From: an uncultured bacterium
Lineage (GTDB): Bacteria > Gemmatimonadota > Gemmatimonadetes > Longimicrobiales > Gaopeijiaceae
Assembly (NCBI GenBank): GCA_965365235.1
Contig: CBDUAX010000001.1
Span: 1 to 50,042 of the forward strand
Length of the DNA stretch: 50,042 nucleotides
Direction: 5' to 3'
The translations under genes were made by a program, and so were the position numbers. Shown here piece after piece: positions 27,854 to 37,416 of this stretch. Below the pieces are notes generated by a model. It made no database searches. It had not been told where the DNA came from and saw nothing but the letters and a program-made list of their open reading frames with translations. The stretch's first letter is position 1, and every line of letters begins with the position of its first letter.

Positions 27854-28729
27854 GTGGAGGTCGAGGGAAAGTCCTCCCCTCCCGTTACCCTGCGTTGCTG
27901 GGGAACCAGAGGGTCCATCCCCAGCCCGGGGCCTCATACGGTTCGCTATGGCGGGAATACGAGCTGCCTCGAGATCCTCACCTCAGGAGACCGAATCATC
28001 CTGGACGCAGGCACCGGAATTCGGCTTCTCGGGGACGATCTTCCAGGCAACGATAGATCGAATCGGGTAAGTATCTTCCTGACCCATTTCCATTGGGATC
28101 ATATCCAGGGCCTCCCCTTTTTCGGTCCAGCCAATAGAAGGGGGTGCGAGGTCGGCGTCCACGGGCCGAAGCAGGATGGAATGGGGATGGAGGAGTTGCT
28201 GACGACCCTGTTCAGCCCCGCCCACTTCCCCCTCTCCATCCAAAACCTCTCCGGGCAGGTGACAGTGTCGGAGGTTGACGAGGGGAGTTGGTCCCACGGG
28301 GAGTTTGGAGTAAAGGCCATGAGGGTTCGACATCACTCCAACACACTGGGGTATCGGATCGAAACCTCTGGCAAGACCATGGTCTTCATTCCCGACAATG
28401 AGTTGGAGGGAGGTTCCCTTCCCACGCCTCCAGGTTGGAGAAGCCGGCTGTCGGAGTTCGTGAGTGGGGCGGATATTCTGTTTCATGATGCCATGTTCAC
28501 AGAGGCCGAGGGGGACAGCTACAGAGGCTGGGGACACTCGATGTATGAGGACGTTGTGGAGCTTGCTTTGGAGAGCGAGGTGAAACGTCTCTCCTTCTTC
28601 CACCACTCTCCGGGCCGTTCGGATGATGAGCTGGATCGGCTTGTGGACGTCTATGCCCGGGTAGCCATGGCTAGAGGAAGCGACATGATGGTAGAGGCGG
28701 CTTCAGAGAGAATTGATATCCGACTTTGA
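27854..28729 (+). CDS. MBL-fold metallo-hydrolase
   Basis: LRCWGTRGSIPSPG, NTSCLEI, DAGTG and HFHWDHIQGLPFF. GTG 27854 is preceded by GGAG with a 5-nt spacer. The ORF-track start is TTG 27785. Confidence 0.85.
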   Translation: MEVEGKSSPPVTLRCWGTRGSIPSPGPHTVRYGGNTSCLEILTSGDRIILDAGTGIRLLGDDLPGNDRSNRVSIFLTHFHWDHIQGLPFFGPANRRGCEVGVHGPKQDGMGMEELLTTLFSPAHFPLSIQNLSGQVTVSEVDEGSWSHGEFGVKAMRVRHHSNTLGYRIETSGKTMVFIPDNELEGGSLPTPPGWRSRLSEFVSGADILFHDAMFTEAEGDSYRGWGHSMYEDVVELALESEVKRLSFFHHSPGRSDDELDRLVDVYARVAMARGSDMMVEAASERIDIRL

Positions 28730-29703
28730 ACTCGATCTCATGGATAGGACCGGCCCGCCGAGCGACACTCCTGGTTTCCAGCCTTTTTCTGGCATTGGGT
28801 GGATGCCTCTCCTTTGGGCCGCGATTCGATGACTCCCTGACCGCGCGTACGCCCCCAGATCTCCCTCCCCTGCCTTCGGAAGAGGCCCTCCGAGTCCTTG
28901 TCCTGGGGGATTTTGGAACGGGCGACGGAGGCCAGCTGGAGATCGCCAACTCCATCGCCAGAACTAATCGATCCAATCCACCCCATCTGGTCCTGACGGT
29001 GGGAGACAACTTCTACCCGGATGGGGTCAGGAGCGTATCGGACCCCCTCTGGCATCGGGCTTTCGAGGCGGTGTACACGGGGGAGTTCTGGGAGGGGCTG
29101 GCCTTCTTCCCTGTCCTGGGAAACCATGACGTTGCGGGGGATGAGCGTGCACAGATTCGGTATTCTGAGGTAAGCCCTCGTTGGGTCATGCCGGGGAACT
29201 ACTTCACCTTCCAGCGATCCCTTCCCGCCGGGGGGACCGTCCGGTTTGTAGCCTTGGATACAAATATCCTGAACCGGAAGGGCCGAAGGGCTATGGCCCA
29301 GGCCTCCTGGGTGGACTCCATCCTCTCTGGTTCGGATGACCAGTGGGTCGTGGCCTATGGGCATCATCCTATGGTCACAGGCGGACGGCATGATCCTAGC
29401 CAGGAGGTTCGGGAATATCTGGCTCCCCGATTCAGGGGCCGAGTCCCCCTCTATCTTTCCGGTCACAACCACTCCACAGAGCTGCTGACCGTATCGGAGG
29501 ATCTCCTCCAGGCGGTGTGCGGAGGGGGGGCTGGACTGGACAACGCCTACCGGATCGATTCTCTACCGGAGGCCTTTATGGCATTCACGAATGGGGGTTG
29601 GTGTTTTCTGCACTTCTCCGCGGGCAGTCTGGCCATTGAACTGTATAACAGGGTGGGGACGCTTCGTTTTCGGCACCTCCTCTCCGCCCCCGGGGAAGGG
29701 TGA
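28726..29703 (+). CDS. calcineurin-like metallophosphoesterase (purple-acid-phosphatase type) lipoprotein
   Basis: TTG start overlapping the upstream stop. Lipobox LALGGC. Motifs VLGDFGTGD, GDNFYPDG, GNHD and GHHP. Confidence 0.82.
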   Translation: MNSISWIGPARRATLLVSSLFLALGGCLSFGPRFDDSLTARTPPDLPPLPSEEALRVLVLGDFGTGDGGQLEIANSIARTNRSNPPHLVLTVGDNFYPDGVRSVSDPLWHRAFEAVYTGEFWEGLAFFPVLGNHDVAGDERAQIRYSEVSPRWVMPGNYFTFQRSLPAGGTVRFVALDTNILNRKGRRAMAQASWVDSILSGSDDQWVVAYGHHPMVTGGRHDPSQEVREYLAPRFRGRVPLYLSGHNHSTELLTVSEDLLQAVCGGGAGLDNAYRIDSLPEAFMAFTNGGWCFLHFSAGSLAIELYNRVGTLRFRHLLSAPGEG

Positions 29704-29778
29704 GCGCCACCTCTCCGGTTTCCCGGAAGGGTAGAAAGCCAAGGACGGAACACCGAATCTTCGGGGAGGGAGAAATAG

Positions 29779-30303
29779 ATGAAAGCGAGGAAATGTTGGG
29801 TTCTGGCCGCCGCACTCTTCTCGGGAGCGGGATGTTCCGGAGGCGGTGAATCTCCGGACCAGGGGGCTGCGCCGGGTGAAGAGTCTCCAGCTTCCATTGA
29901 TTTGCGTTCGTTCCGCTTGGGCTCCATCGCCGCCTTTGCCGAGATGGTTGGGGCCGGGGTGAAGAAGTTGGCTCTTAGCGCTCCCATGGAGGCTGAAGAG
30001 GTGACCGCTCTCCTGGAACAGGCGGAGGTTTTCGCGAGAGAGCAGGGTGTAGAGTTGTACCTGGAGGAGGATTTCCTCGTGACGGATCTATTCTCCGCCG
30101 AGCTCACGGAGGGAAAACAGGTCCTCCTTATCTATCGAGGCTCCACGGCCGAAGAATATCTGCAGCTCAAGGCTGAAAAGCGGGCCCTTGAATCCAGGGG
30201 TGAATACGAGGGCGAGGCCAGGTTGGGGGTGGCTCGCCGGTTCGGGGCTCTCCTGAGCTACACCGACGAAAAGATCCAATCGTTGCTGGAGGGAAGGGAA
30301 TAA
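29779..30303 (+). CDS. hypothetical lipoprotein
   Basis: GGGAGGGAG Shine-Dalgarno sequence. MKARKCWVLAAALFSGAGC lipobox. No family recognised. Confidence 0.6.
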   Translation: MKARKCWVLAAALFSGAGCSGGGESPDQGAAPGEESPASIDLRSFRLGSIAAFAEMVGAGVKKLALSAPMEAEEVTALLEQAEVFAREQGVELYLEEDFLVTDLFSAELTEGKQVLLIYRGSTAEEYLQLKAEKRALESRGEYEGEARLGVARRFGALLSYTDEKIQSLLEGRE

Positions 30304-30463
30304 GCTGGGACGCCCAGGTTCCCCGTCAGCCCGACCTCTCATACCTTTCAGACCCACCCCATCCCAGAAAAAAACCGGAGGGATCTTGCAGGTCGAAACC
30401 TCGAACCCCCGAACGACCCGGCTTCCGGCTGATCGGTCCGCCGAGCTTCCGAGGAACCCCGGG

Positions 30464-31393
30464 ATGCCACTGGAACTGGACTGGATTCGAGAAGTCCGGG
30501 TCAATCGAAGCGCCGTCGAGCGAAGGGCTGCCACCCTGGGCTCGCGGCGAAGCGTCAAGAAACAGTGGCAGGCGGCCTGGCTCCTCAAGGCGATTTCCTG
30601 CATCGACCTCACCACACTATCCGGTGACGATACACCGGGCCGTGTCCGCCGACTCTGTGCCAAGGCTCGACAACCTGTGCGGCCGGATCTTCTCGAAGCC
30701 CTGGGTGTGGCGGAGGTGGGGTTGACCACTGGAGCCGTATGTGTCCACCACGAGATGGTGGAGACAGCTGTGAGGGAGCTTCGGGGGACGGGGATCCCCG
30801 TTGCCGCGGTCTCCACCGGATTCCCGCATGGTCTGTCGCCAGACAAGATCCGCCTGGCCGAGATCACGGCTTCGGTGGAGGCCGGCGCCGAAGAGATCGA
30901 CATCGTCATCACACGGGCCCATGTCCTCACCGGTGATTGGGGGGCCCTCTTCGATACGGTCTCCGCCTACCGGGAGGCGTGCGGAGAGGCACACTTGAAG
31001 ACCATTCTCTCCACGGGCGAACTGGGGACCTTCCGAAACGTCTACAAGGCCAGCCTTGTGTGTATGATGGCCGGGGCCGACTTCATCAAGACGTCAACCG
31101 GCAAAGAGAAGGTGAATGCTACGCTTCCGGTGGGTCTGACCATGGTCAGAGCTATCCGAGAGTATGGGCAGAAGAGCGGGGTCCAGGTCGGGTTCAAGCC
31201 GGCCGGGGGGATCGGGAGGGCTAAGCAGGCCTTGGTCTGGCAGATCCTGATGAAAGAGGAGCTGGGGAACGCGTGGTTGGAACCCGAACTCTTTCGTTTC
31301 GGGGCCAGCTCTTTGTTGGGTGACATCGAGAGGCAGTTGGAGCATCACGTGACCGGTCGGTACTCGGCCGCTCATCGCCATCCCATGGGTTAG
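30464..31393 (+). CDS. deoC: deoxyribose-phosphate aldolase (long, DERA-like form)
   Basis: IDLTTLSGDDT, GAVCVHH, EIDIVI, and FIKTSTGK (Schiff-base Lys region). The ORF-track start at 30386 is also possible. Confidence 0.82.
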   Translation: MPLELDWIREVRVNRSAVERRAATLGSRRSVKKQWQAAWLLKAISCIDLTTLSGDDTPGRVRRLCAKARQPVRPDLLEALGVAEVGLTTGAVCVHHEMVETAVRELRGTGIPVAAVSTGFPHGLSPDKIRLAEITASVEAGAEEIDIVITRAHVLTGDWGALFDTVSAYREACGEAHLKTILSTGELGTFRNVYKASLVCMMAGADFIKTSTGKEKVNATLPVGLTMVRAIREYGQKSGVQVGFKPAGGIGRAKQALVWQILMKEELGNAWLEPELFRFGASSLLGDIERQLEHHVTGRYSAAHRHPMG

Positions 31394-31401
31394 GGCCGGC
31401 C

Positions 31402-33834
31402 ATGTCGAAGATCGCTGAGCTTTTTGAATCGATGGAGTACGGATCCGCTCCGGAGAGCGCCGATCAGGTAATTGAGTGGTTGACGGCTCATCAGAACCGG
31501 TTCGAGCATTTCATCGGTGGGGAGTGGAGCTCAAGCTCCGGGGCCGAAAGGATCGAGTCGGTGAATCCCGCGTTCGGAGAGGGGCTGGCTTCCGTGGCGC
31601 AGGGTACCGAAGTGGACGTTGATCTTGCAGTCCGGGCAGCCCGCGGTGCTTTCAAATCATGGAATTCACTGAGCGGCCATGCCCGAGCCCGGTACCTGTA
31701 TGCCCTTGCCCGGGGGATCCAGAAGAGGGCTCGTCTCTTCGCGGTTCTGGAGACGATGGACAATGGAAAACCGGTTCGGGAGTCACGGGACCTGGACATT
31801 CCGTTGGTAGCCAGGCACTTCTATCACCATGCCGGTTGGGCTCAACTGGTGGATCGGGAGGTCCCCGGCCAGGAGGCCCTGGGGGTAATCGGACAGATCA
31901 TCCCCTGGAACTTCCCGCTCCTCATGCTGGCGTGGAAGATTGCCCCGGCTTTGGCCTGCGGAAACACGGTGGTGCTCAAGCCAGCAGAGTTTACCCCCCT
32001 CACCGCACTCCTGTTTGCCGAACTATGCCAGGACGTGGGGCTCCCGCCCGGTGTGGTAAACATCGTCACAGGGGATGGGAGGACCGGAGCGGCCCTGGTT
32101 GCCCACCCGGATGTGGACAAGATCGCCTTCACGGGCTCCACCGAGGTAGGGAGGATTCTCAGGACGGAGACAGCCGGCACCGGAAAGAAACTGTCCCTCG
32201 AGCTTGGTGGAAAGTCACCCTTCCTGGTCTACGAAGACGCCGACCTGGACTCGGTGGTGGAGGGTGTGGTGGACGCCATCTGGTTCAACCAGGGCCAGGT
32301 CTGTTGTGCCGGGAGTCGCATCCTGGTTCAGGAGGGGGTGGCGGCCAGGCTGGAGACCAAGCTGCGGGCCCGGATGGAGACCCTCCGCATGGGTGATCCT
32401 CTGGACAAGAGCATCGACATGGGTGCCATCGTCGCCCCGGTTCAACTCGAGAAGATCCGGAGCCTGGTGGAACAGGGGAAGTCGGAGGGGGCCAGGGTCT
32501 GGCAGCCGTCCTGGAGTACGCCGGAAGATGGATACTTCTACCCGCCGACCCTCTGTACCGAATGCACACCAAGCTCCACCCTGGCCCAGGTGGAGATCTT
32601 CGGTCCGGTGGTCGTGCTTATGACCTTCCGGACCCCCGAGGAATCGGTGGTTTTGGCCAACGATACACGCTATGGGTTGGCGGCCAGTCTATGGACTGAA
32701 AGTGTGAACCTGGCCCTGCATGTGGCGCCGAAGCTGAAGGCTGGTACGGTGTGGGTGAATTGCACCAATCTCTTCGATGCGGCTTCCGGGTTCGGCGGAT
32801 ACCGGGAAAGTGGCTTCGGGAGAGAGGGTGGGAAGGAAGGATTGCTGGAGTATCTTCAGCCTTCCTGGCTGAAGAAAAAGGGGCGGGACGAATCTCTGGG
32901 GCCTTCCGGCTCCGAGGAGTCCGGGACCGTGGATCCGAGAGACCTTCCAGAGGCCAGGACCGACTCCGACACTCGAGGTGTCCCTCCCGTGGATCGCACG
33001 TCGAAGCTCTATATCGGCGGGAAACAGGTTCGTGGGGATGGGGACTACTCCCTGATTGTGAAAGGCCGCAAGGGATCAATCATCGGTGAGATCCCCAGGG
33101 GAAATCGGAAGGACATTCGGAACGCGGTGGAAGCAGCTCATGCCGGGGCAAAGAGTTGGACGCCCCGTACCTCGCACAACCGGGCGCAGGTCCTCTACTT
33201 CTGGGCAGAGAACCTGGATGCTCGGCGAGATGAGTTCCGAGGCAGGCTCCATGAGGTTACGGGGATGCGACGCCGGGATGCCGGGAAGGAAGTGGACACG
33301 GCAATCCGCCGACTCTTCAACTTTGCGGCCTGGGCAGACAAATACGATGGAATGGTTCATCACACGCCATTCAGGAATGTGACGCTGGCCATGCCGGAAC
33401 CCATCGGGGTCATGGGTTTGGTTTGTCCCGACGAGGCTCCCCTCCTGGGTTTTGTATCCACAGTGGCTCCACTGATCGCCATGGGGAATGCCATTGTGGC
33501 CGTGCCTTCTCAACGGTGGCCCCTTTTGGCCACGGACCTCTACCAGGTCTTGGAGACCTCCGACATCCCAGCCGGGGTCATCAACATCGTCACGGGCCTC
33601 AGGGAGGAGCTCGTCCCGACCCTGGCGGCTCATGATGATGTGGATGGCCTCTGGTACTTTGGATCCGCGGAGGGGAGTGAAGAAGTAGAGAGGCTGTCAA
33701 CCGGGAACATGAAGCGGACCTGGGTCAACCACGGCCAGCACCTGGACTGGTGGGATGACTTGGAAACCGGAGGTGAACCCTTCCTCCGGGAGGCCATCCA
33801 GTGGAAGAACATCTGGGTGCCATACGGAGAGTGA
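31402..33834 (+). CDS. aldehyde dehydrogenase fused to a second, truncated ALDH-like domain
   Basis: Residues 1 to about 490 form a complete ALDH (ELGGKSPFLV, QGQVCCAGSR, EIFGPV). After a Ser/Glu/Lys-rich linker, residues about 535-810 repeat an ALDH N-terminal/NAD-binding-like region (KLYIGGKQV...AVEAAHAGAKSW...PIGVMGLVCP) with no catalytic Cys block. Confidence 0.88.
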   Translation: MSKIAELFESMEYGSAPESADQVIEWLTAHQNRFEHFIGGEWSSSSGAERIESVNPAFGEGLASVAQGTEVDVDLAVRAARGAFKSWNSLSGHARARYLYALARGIQKRARLFAVLETMDNGKPVRESRDLDIPLVARHFYHHAGWAQLVDREVPGQEALGVIGQIIPWNFPLLMLAWKIAPALACGNTVVLKPAEFTPLTALLFAELCQDVGLPPGVVNIVTGDGRTGAALVAHPDVDKIAFTGSTEVGRILRTETAGTGKKLSLELGGKSPFLVYEDADLDSVVEGVVDAIWFNQGQVCCAGSRILVQEGVAARLETKLRARMETLRMGDPLDKSIDMGAIVAPVQLEKIRSLVEQGKSEGARVWQPSWSTPEDGYFYPPTLCTECTPSSTLAQVEIFGPVVVLMTFRTPEESVVLANDTRYGLAASLWTESVNLALHVAPKLKAGTVWVNCTNLFDAASGFGGYRESGFGREGGKEGLLEYLQPSWLKKKGRDESLGPSGSEESGTVDPRDLPEARTDSDTRGVPPVDRTSKLYIGGKQVRGDGDYSLIVKGRKGSIIGEIPRGNRKDIRNAVEAAHAGAKSWTPRTSHNRAQVLYFWAENLDARRDEFRGRLHEVTGMRRRDAGKEVDTAIRRLFNFAAWADKYDGMVHHTPFRNVTLAMPEPIGVMGLVCPDEAPLLGFVSTVAPLIAMGNAIVAVPSQRWPLLATDLYQVLETSDIPAGVINIVTGLREELVPTLAAHDDVDGLWYFGSAEGSEEVERLSTGNMKRTWVNHGQHLDWWDDLETGGEPFLREAIQWKNIWVPYGE

Positions 33835-33856
33835 TTGCGTCGCAAGGGGGGGAAAG

Positions 33857-33888
33857 AACGGCCCGGGCGTCTCTCGACCCGGGCCGTT
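33857..33888. terminator. bidirectional intrinsic terminator between convergent genes
   Basis: AACGGCCCGGG (33857-33867) pairs perfectly with CCCGGGCCGTT (33878-33888) around a 10-nt loop. T/C-rich tails follow on both strands. Confidence 0.6.
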
Positions 33889-33915
33889 TCCCTATCTGAG
33901 CACCGTGTCTGTCCC

Positions 33916-34701
33916 TCAGATAAGGGCGCTGTTCCCTCCTGCCATGGCAAAGACGGTCAAGAAAAGGACCACCCCGGCGATCAGCCCGAACATGAAGACG
34001 GTGTAGGAAGCTCGCAGAAGCCGGTACTTCCTCTCCAACACTCCACCCAACCCGTAGATGTCCCGGCTCATGCTCCCGTAGGCCCGGTCTGGATCCTGGA
34101 TGAGCTCCTTCATCCCCTCGACATACTCGTCTTCCTCGAGGCTAATGAAGTTTCCGAAGAACAAGATGTTCGCCTTCCCCGCTCGGACGTCATCCAGGGT
34201 CACAGGATTCCGCGTTACTCTTGGGCGTGCCGAGAGGACAGCGTAGATCATAGAGATCAAACACCCCACGAGGAGAACCGTGGTGGGAAGCAAAAGCCAG
34301 CGATTCTCCATGATTCTCGGGTATATGGAGGCGAGGAGAATGGACATGATGATCCCGTTGATGGAGATCATGATGTTTGCTTTGTTGTCCGCCAGAGCGC
34401 TCAGGTCCAGGTGGGTCCGGTAGCTGGTCCGGAACATGGTCTCCACCCCGCGAGGCGTCCGTGCCTTCGGGTCCTCCTTCTGTTTTCCCTTTTTTTTCTT
34501 TTTCTTCTTGGAAGATGGGGAACCATCCACCAGATCCCCATCTCCCCCCGAGGTAGTGCCAAGGTGGGCGACCCCGTCCAGATCCGATGACTCGCCATAG
34601 GGCTCCCCCTCCCTGCCCTCGGAATTCGGCTTGGAAAGTTCAGCTTCAGCCCCCTCCACCTCGGTAGGGGGGACAGGGTCCCTCTGGAATTCGTCTGCCA
34701 C
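33916..34701 (-). CDS. three-TM membrane protein resembling the DUF5706 / PycTM (Pycsar effector) domain, with a disordered acidic and poly-Lys N-terminus
   Basis: GTG 34701 is preceded by GGGAGA with an 8-nt spacer. The ORF-track ATG 34893 would overlap the upstream gene. Core block RGVETMFRTSYRTHLDLSALADNKANIMISINGIIMSILLAS plus two further TM helices. The family is recognised from memory only. Confidence 0.6.
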   Translation of the reverse strand: MADEFQRDPVPPTEVEGAEAELSKPNSEGREGEPYGESSDLDGVAHLGTTSGGDGDLVDGSPSSKKKKKKKGKQKEDPKARTPRGVETMFRTSYRTHLDLSALADNKANIMISINGIIMSILLASIYPRIMENRWLLLPTTVLLVGCLISMIYAVLSARPRVTRNPVTLDDVRAGKANILFFGNFISLEEDEYVEGMKELIQDPDRAYGSMSRDIYGLGGVLERKYRLLRASYTVFMFGLIAGVVLFLTVFAMAGGNSALI

Positions 34702-34766
34702 GACTGAATCTCCCTGTGAGAACTCGGTCCTGCTTCCATGACTCGACCAGTGGCCAGCTTTACCCG

Positions 34767-37412
34767 CTAAAAGTTGAACCCACCACCACCGTAGAGAAAT
34801 CGAGTCCCCTGGTCGCTCCGGGCCATTGATACCGTCATGGTGAAGGTCTCGAGGATGGAAGCCCAGAGGCCGAATCCCAGGGACCGGTGCCACTCCGTTG
34901 ACGATTCCCCCTCGTACCAGACCCGCCCTGCCTCAGCCAGCATAAAGCCACCCCAGGTTCCCGGAAAGGCCACTGGTAGTTGCCCCAACGCCAGACGGAC
35001 CTCCGCATTTCCAAACGCCGACGCGTCTCCAGCGAAGCGGTCTTCGGCAAAACCCAGGAGGGTGGATGAGCCCCCGAGGGTAGCGGCCTCCTGATAGGGG
35101 AAGGGGCCCCAGATCTTCTCACCACCAAGCCGGAGAGCCAGAGTCGGATCGAATGGAAGCGCCTCCGTGGTCAGGTACCGAACTGCACGGCCCTGAATCG
35201 CACCAAACTCGGAGGTCACATCGGCCAGGCTCGGGAAGAAGCTGGCCTCCAGCTCGAGCTCTCCTCCAGCCCTGGGAAAGGCACGATCATCCACGTCGTT
35301 CCACCGCATCCTGCTGGTCAGGGCCAGGGACCCAAACCTGTCGAATCCATACGGGGCCTGAACGGAGAGCAAACCGCCCGGACTCTCGGCGGGGTCATGG
35401 AGGGAAAGTTCGACGCCAAATTCCGCCGTCAACTCGTCCGCCATCTCCCGGATCAGCGAAGCCCCCAACCGAAAGTCCCACCCGAAGGCCTCGTAGGCCC
35501 CGGTGTCGAGCTCGTCCTCCGTCTCGTTTCCGAATCCGTAGAATCGGTTCACCTCTGCCCCGGAGACCACTCCCCTGAGCCGGCCCCGGGAGTCATGATC
35601 CCAGAGGGGAAACTCCGTCTCTCCTTCCAGATGGAGATTTCCGGTTCGGGTGCCAAGCCCCAGGGTCACAGAGCTCTTTGTGCGATGAGGGTAGTGTCGG
35701 AATCCGTACCCTGTCCGAGTGATTTGCCCTCCAAGAAAAAACCCGGCGTCACCCTTGTAGCGAACCTCGGGAAGGAAGAGGGTTCGAGCTCCCCAATCCC
35801 GTGACCCCGCCCAGTGCGGATCATCATCGGGATCGTGGGGATCTTCGTAGTCGGTCTCGTCTACCCGAGTGCCGGACCCCGGCCGAAAGGTATTCGACCC
35901 AGAGCCGTCGTAGAACTCTACGTTCCCGCCCAGGCTAGCGTTGGAAACCTCCAGTGTGTCGTCCCCACCGCCTCCCACCAGAATGACTTTGATGCTTCCC
36001 TCGGCGATGCCCTGAACCCTTCCCCGATCATCATCTCCGTGGAGGTAGATTCTGACTTCCTCGGTCTCGTCGGGGTGGAAGACCCTCTCGAAGAAGGGCC
36101 CATCGCCACTCACCCCTCTTCTCGCCTGAAAGAGGCTGACCCGGAGGCTATCCCCAGGCAGCCTTTCAGCCAGAGCCAGTTCCTCTTCATCCGTGGCGCG
36201 GATCTCCACCCACCTGGCTTGGAGGCGATAATACCTCCAGGCGTACTCTCGGAGCCGATCGCGACGGTTCTTCAGGGACTGTGTCAGGTATTCGCCGATC
36301 TGCGCAAAGTATGGATCCGGGAGACTCCGGACAGCGTCCTCGATAACGGGATCAGGGAGGTGTGAAACGATCTCCTGGACCTCCGTCTCCCAATCGCTCC
36401 ACGACAAGGATGGGAGGATGAGTCGGTCCAACCGGCGGCCATTCCAACTCAGGTTGAACGGATCCGGATATTCGAACCCGTAACCGATGCGATGGGGAAG
36501 GGGGATCCGAGAGGCCCAGTTGATGACACCGTCCAGACGAGCCAATGCCCAGTCCCGGTCTCTGGGAATGGGAAGGAAGCGGATGGCATCTCCCTCCTCA
36601 AACCCGGCCCACCGCCACTGATCGGGATGGCGATCCCAGTCGCCCACCAGGGCATCGAGCAGTCGGGCCCGGAGGAAGCCCCGGGCATCCACCTGGTTTC
36701 GAGGGTCCTCCTCCAACCGCTCCAGGAACCGTGCCGAGCCCGTGACCATATCCGCCCCGGCAAAGCCCATCTCCCCATCTGGACCGTCGTCGGGCCGGAT
36801 TTCGATCCACCCCAGAAGACCGGCGTATTCCTCCCTGAACTCTCCCAGCAGAGGGTCGTCGGGCATGAGGACGAGTTGGGGGTCGGCATGAAGCACCCCC
36901 ACCGCGCCGAGGAGGGGGTCTACGACCATGGCCCCCAGGGGAAGTATGGAAGAAATGAAGTCCTGGGCTACGGCCGCAGCCACGGTCTGGCGCAAAGCCG
37001 GATCAAGGGCCCGGGCCGCATCCTTGTCCAACCCCCGGAAGTTGTAGACCTGTCCGTCCGACCCCTGAAGCCGGAGGGACCGGGTCTGGAGCCCACCTCC
37101 CTTTCGAATGGGAGTGAGCCCGCCTGCGAACGTCTCCAGGTCCAGGACCGGAGTGGGAACCGGGGTGGCCCAGAGGTCACGGTATCCGTCTCCCATCATG
37201 AACCGGTGGACGGCATTTGCGTCGAATCGGCTCTGGGGGGTTGCCCAGACGGTATCGCCGGGCCTGGGACGGGCTGGCGCCGGATCCTGGCCTGCCAGGG
37301 TGCCGGGGGCAGAGGCAAGGATACACCAGACCAACAAGAGGGCCCGGCAAAGGCAGCTTCTCGGGGGAAGGGCCTGAAGGCCATTCGAAAAAGAAATGCC
37401 GCCGTATGCCAT
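34767..37412 (-). CDS. outer-membrane protein: unknown about 560-aa periplasmic/surface domain fused to an Omp85/D15-type beta-barrel
   Basis: ATG 37412 lies 4 nt after the cyclase stop. Signal peptide MAYGG...LLLVWCILASAPGTLAGQ. The C-terminal barrel has ATLGGSSTLLGFAEDRFAG and a terminal ...FLYGGGGFNF. Confidence 0.8.
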   Translation of the reverse strand: MAYGGISFSNGLQALPPRSCLCRALLLVWCILASAPGTLAGQDPAPARPRPGDTVWATPQSRFDANAVHRFMMGDGYRDLWATPVPTPVLDLETFAGGLTPIRKGGGLQTRSLRLQGSDGQVYNFRGLDKDAARALDPALRQTVAAAVAQDFISSILPLGAMVVDPLLGAVGVLHADPQLVLMPDDPLLGEFREEYAGLLGWIEIRPDDGPDGEMGFAGADMVTGSARFLERLEEDPRNQVDARGFLRARLLDALVGDWDRHPDQWRWAGFEEGDAIRFLPIPRDRDWALARLDGVINWASRIPLPHRIGYGFEYPDPFNLSWNGRRLDRLILPSLSWSDWETEVQEIVSHLPDPVIEDAVRSLPDPYFAQIGEYLTQSLKNRRDRLREYAWRYYRLQARWVEIRATDEEELALAERLPGDSLRVSLFQARRGVSGDGPFFERVFHPDETEEVRIYLHGDDDRGRVQGIAEGSIKVILVGGGGDDTLEVSNASLGGNVEFYDGSGSNTFRPGSGTRVDETDYEDPHDPDDDPHWAGSRDWGARTLFLPEVRYKGDAGFFLGGQITRTGYGFRHYPHRTKSSVTLGLGTRTGNLHLEGETEFPLWDHDSRGRLRGVVSGAEVNRFYGFGNETEDELDTGAYEAFGWDFRLGASLIREMADELTAEFGVELSLHDPAESPGGLLSVQAPYGFDRFGSLALTSRMRWNDVDDRAFPRAGGELELEASFFPSLADVTSEFGAIQGRAVRYLTTEALPFDPTLALRLGGEKIWGPFPYQEAATLGGSSTLLGFAEDRFAGDASAFGNAEVRLALGQLPVAFPGTWGGFMLAEAGRVWYEGESSTEWHRSLGFGLWASILETFTMTVSMARSDQGTRFLYGGGGFNF

Positions 37413-37416
37413 GAAA

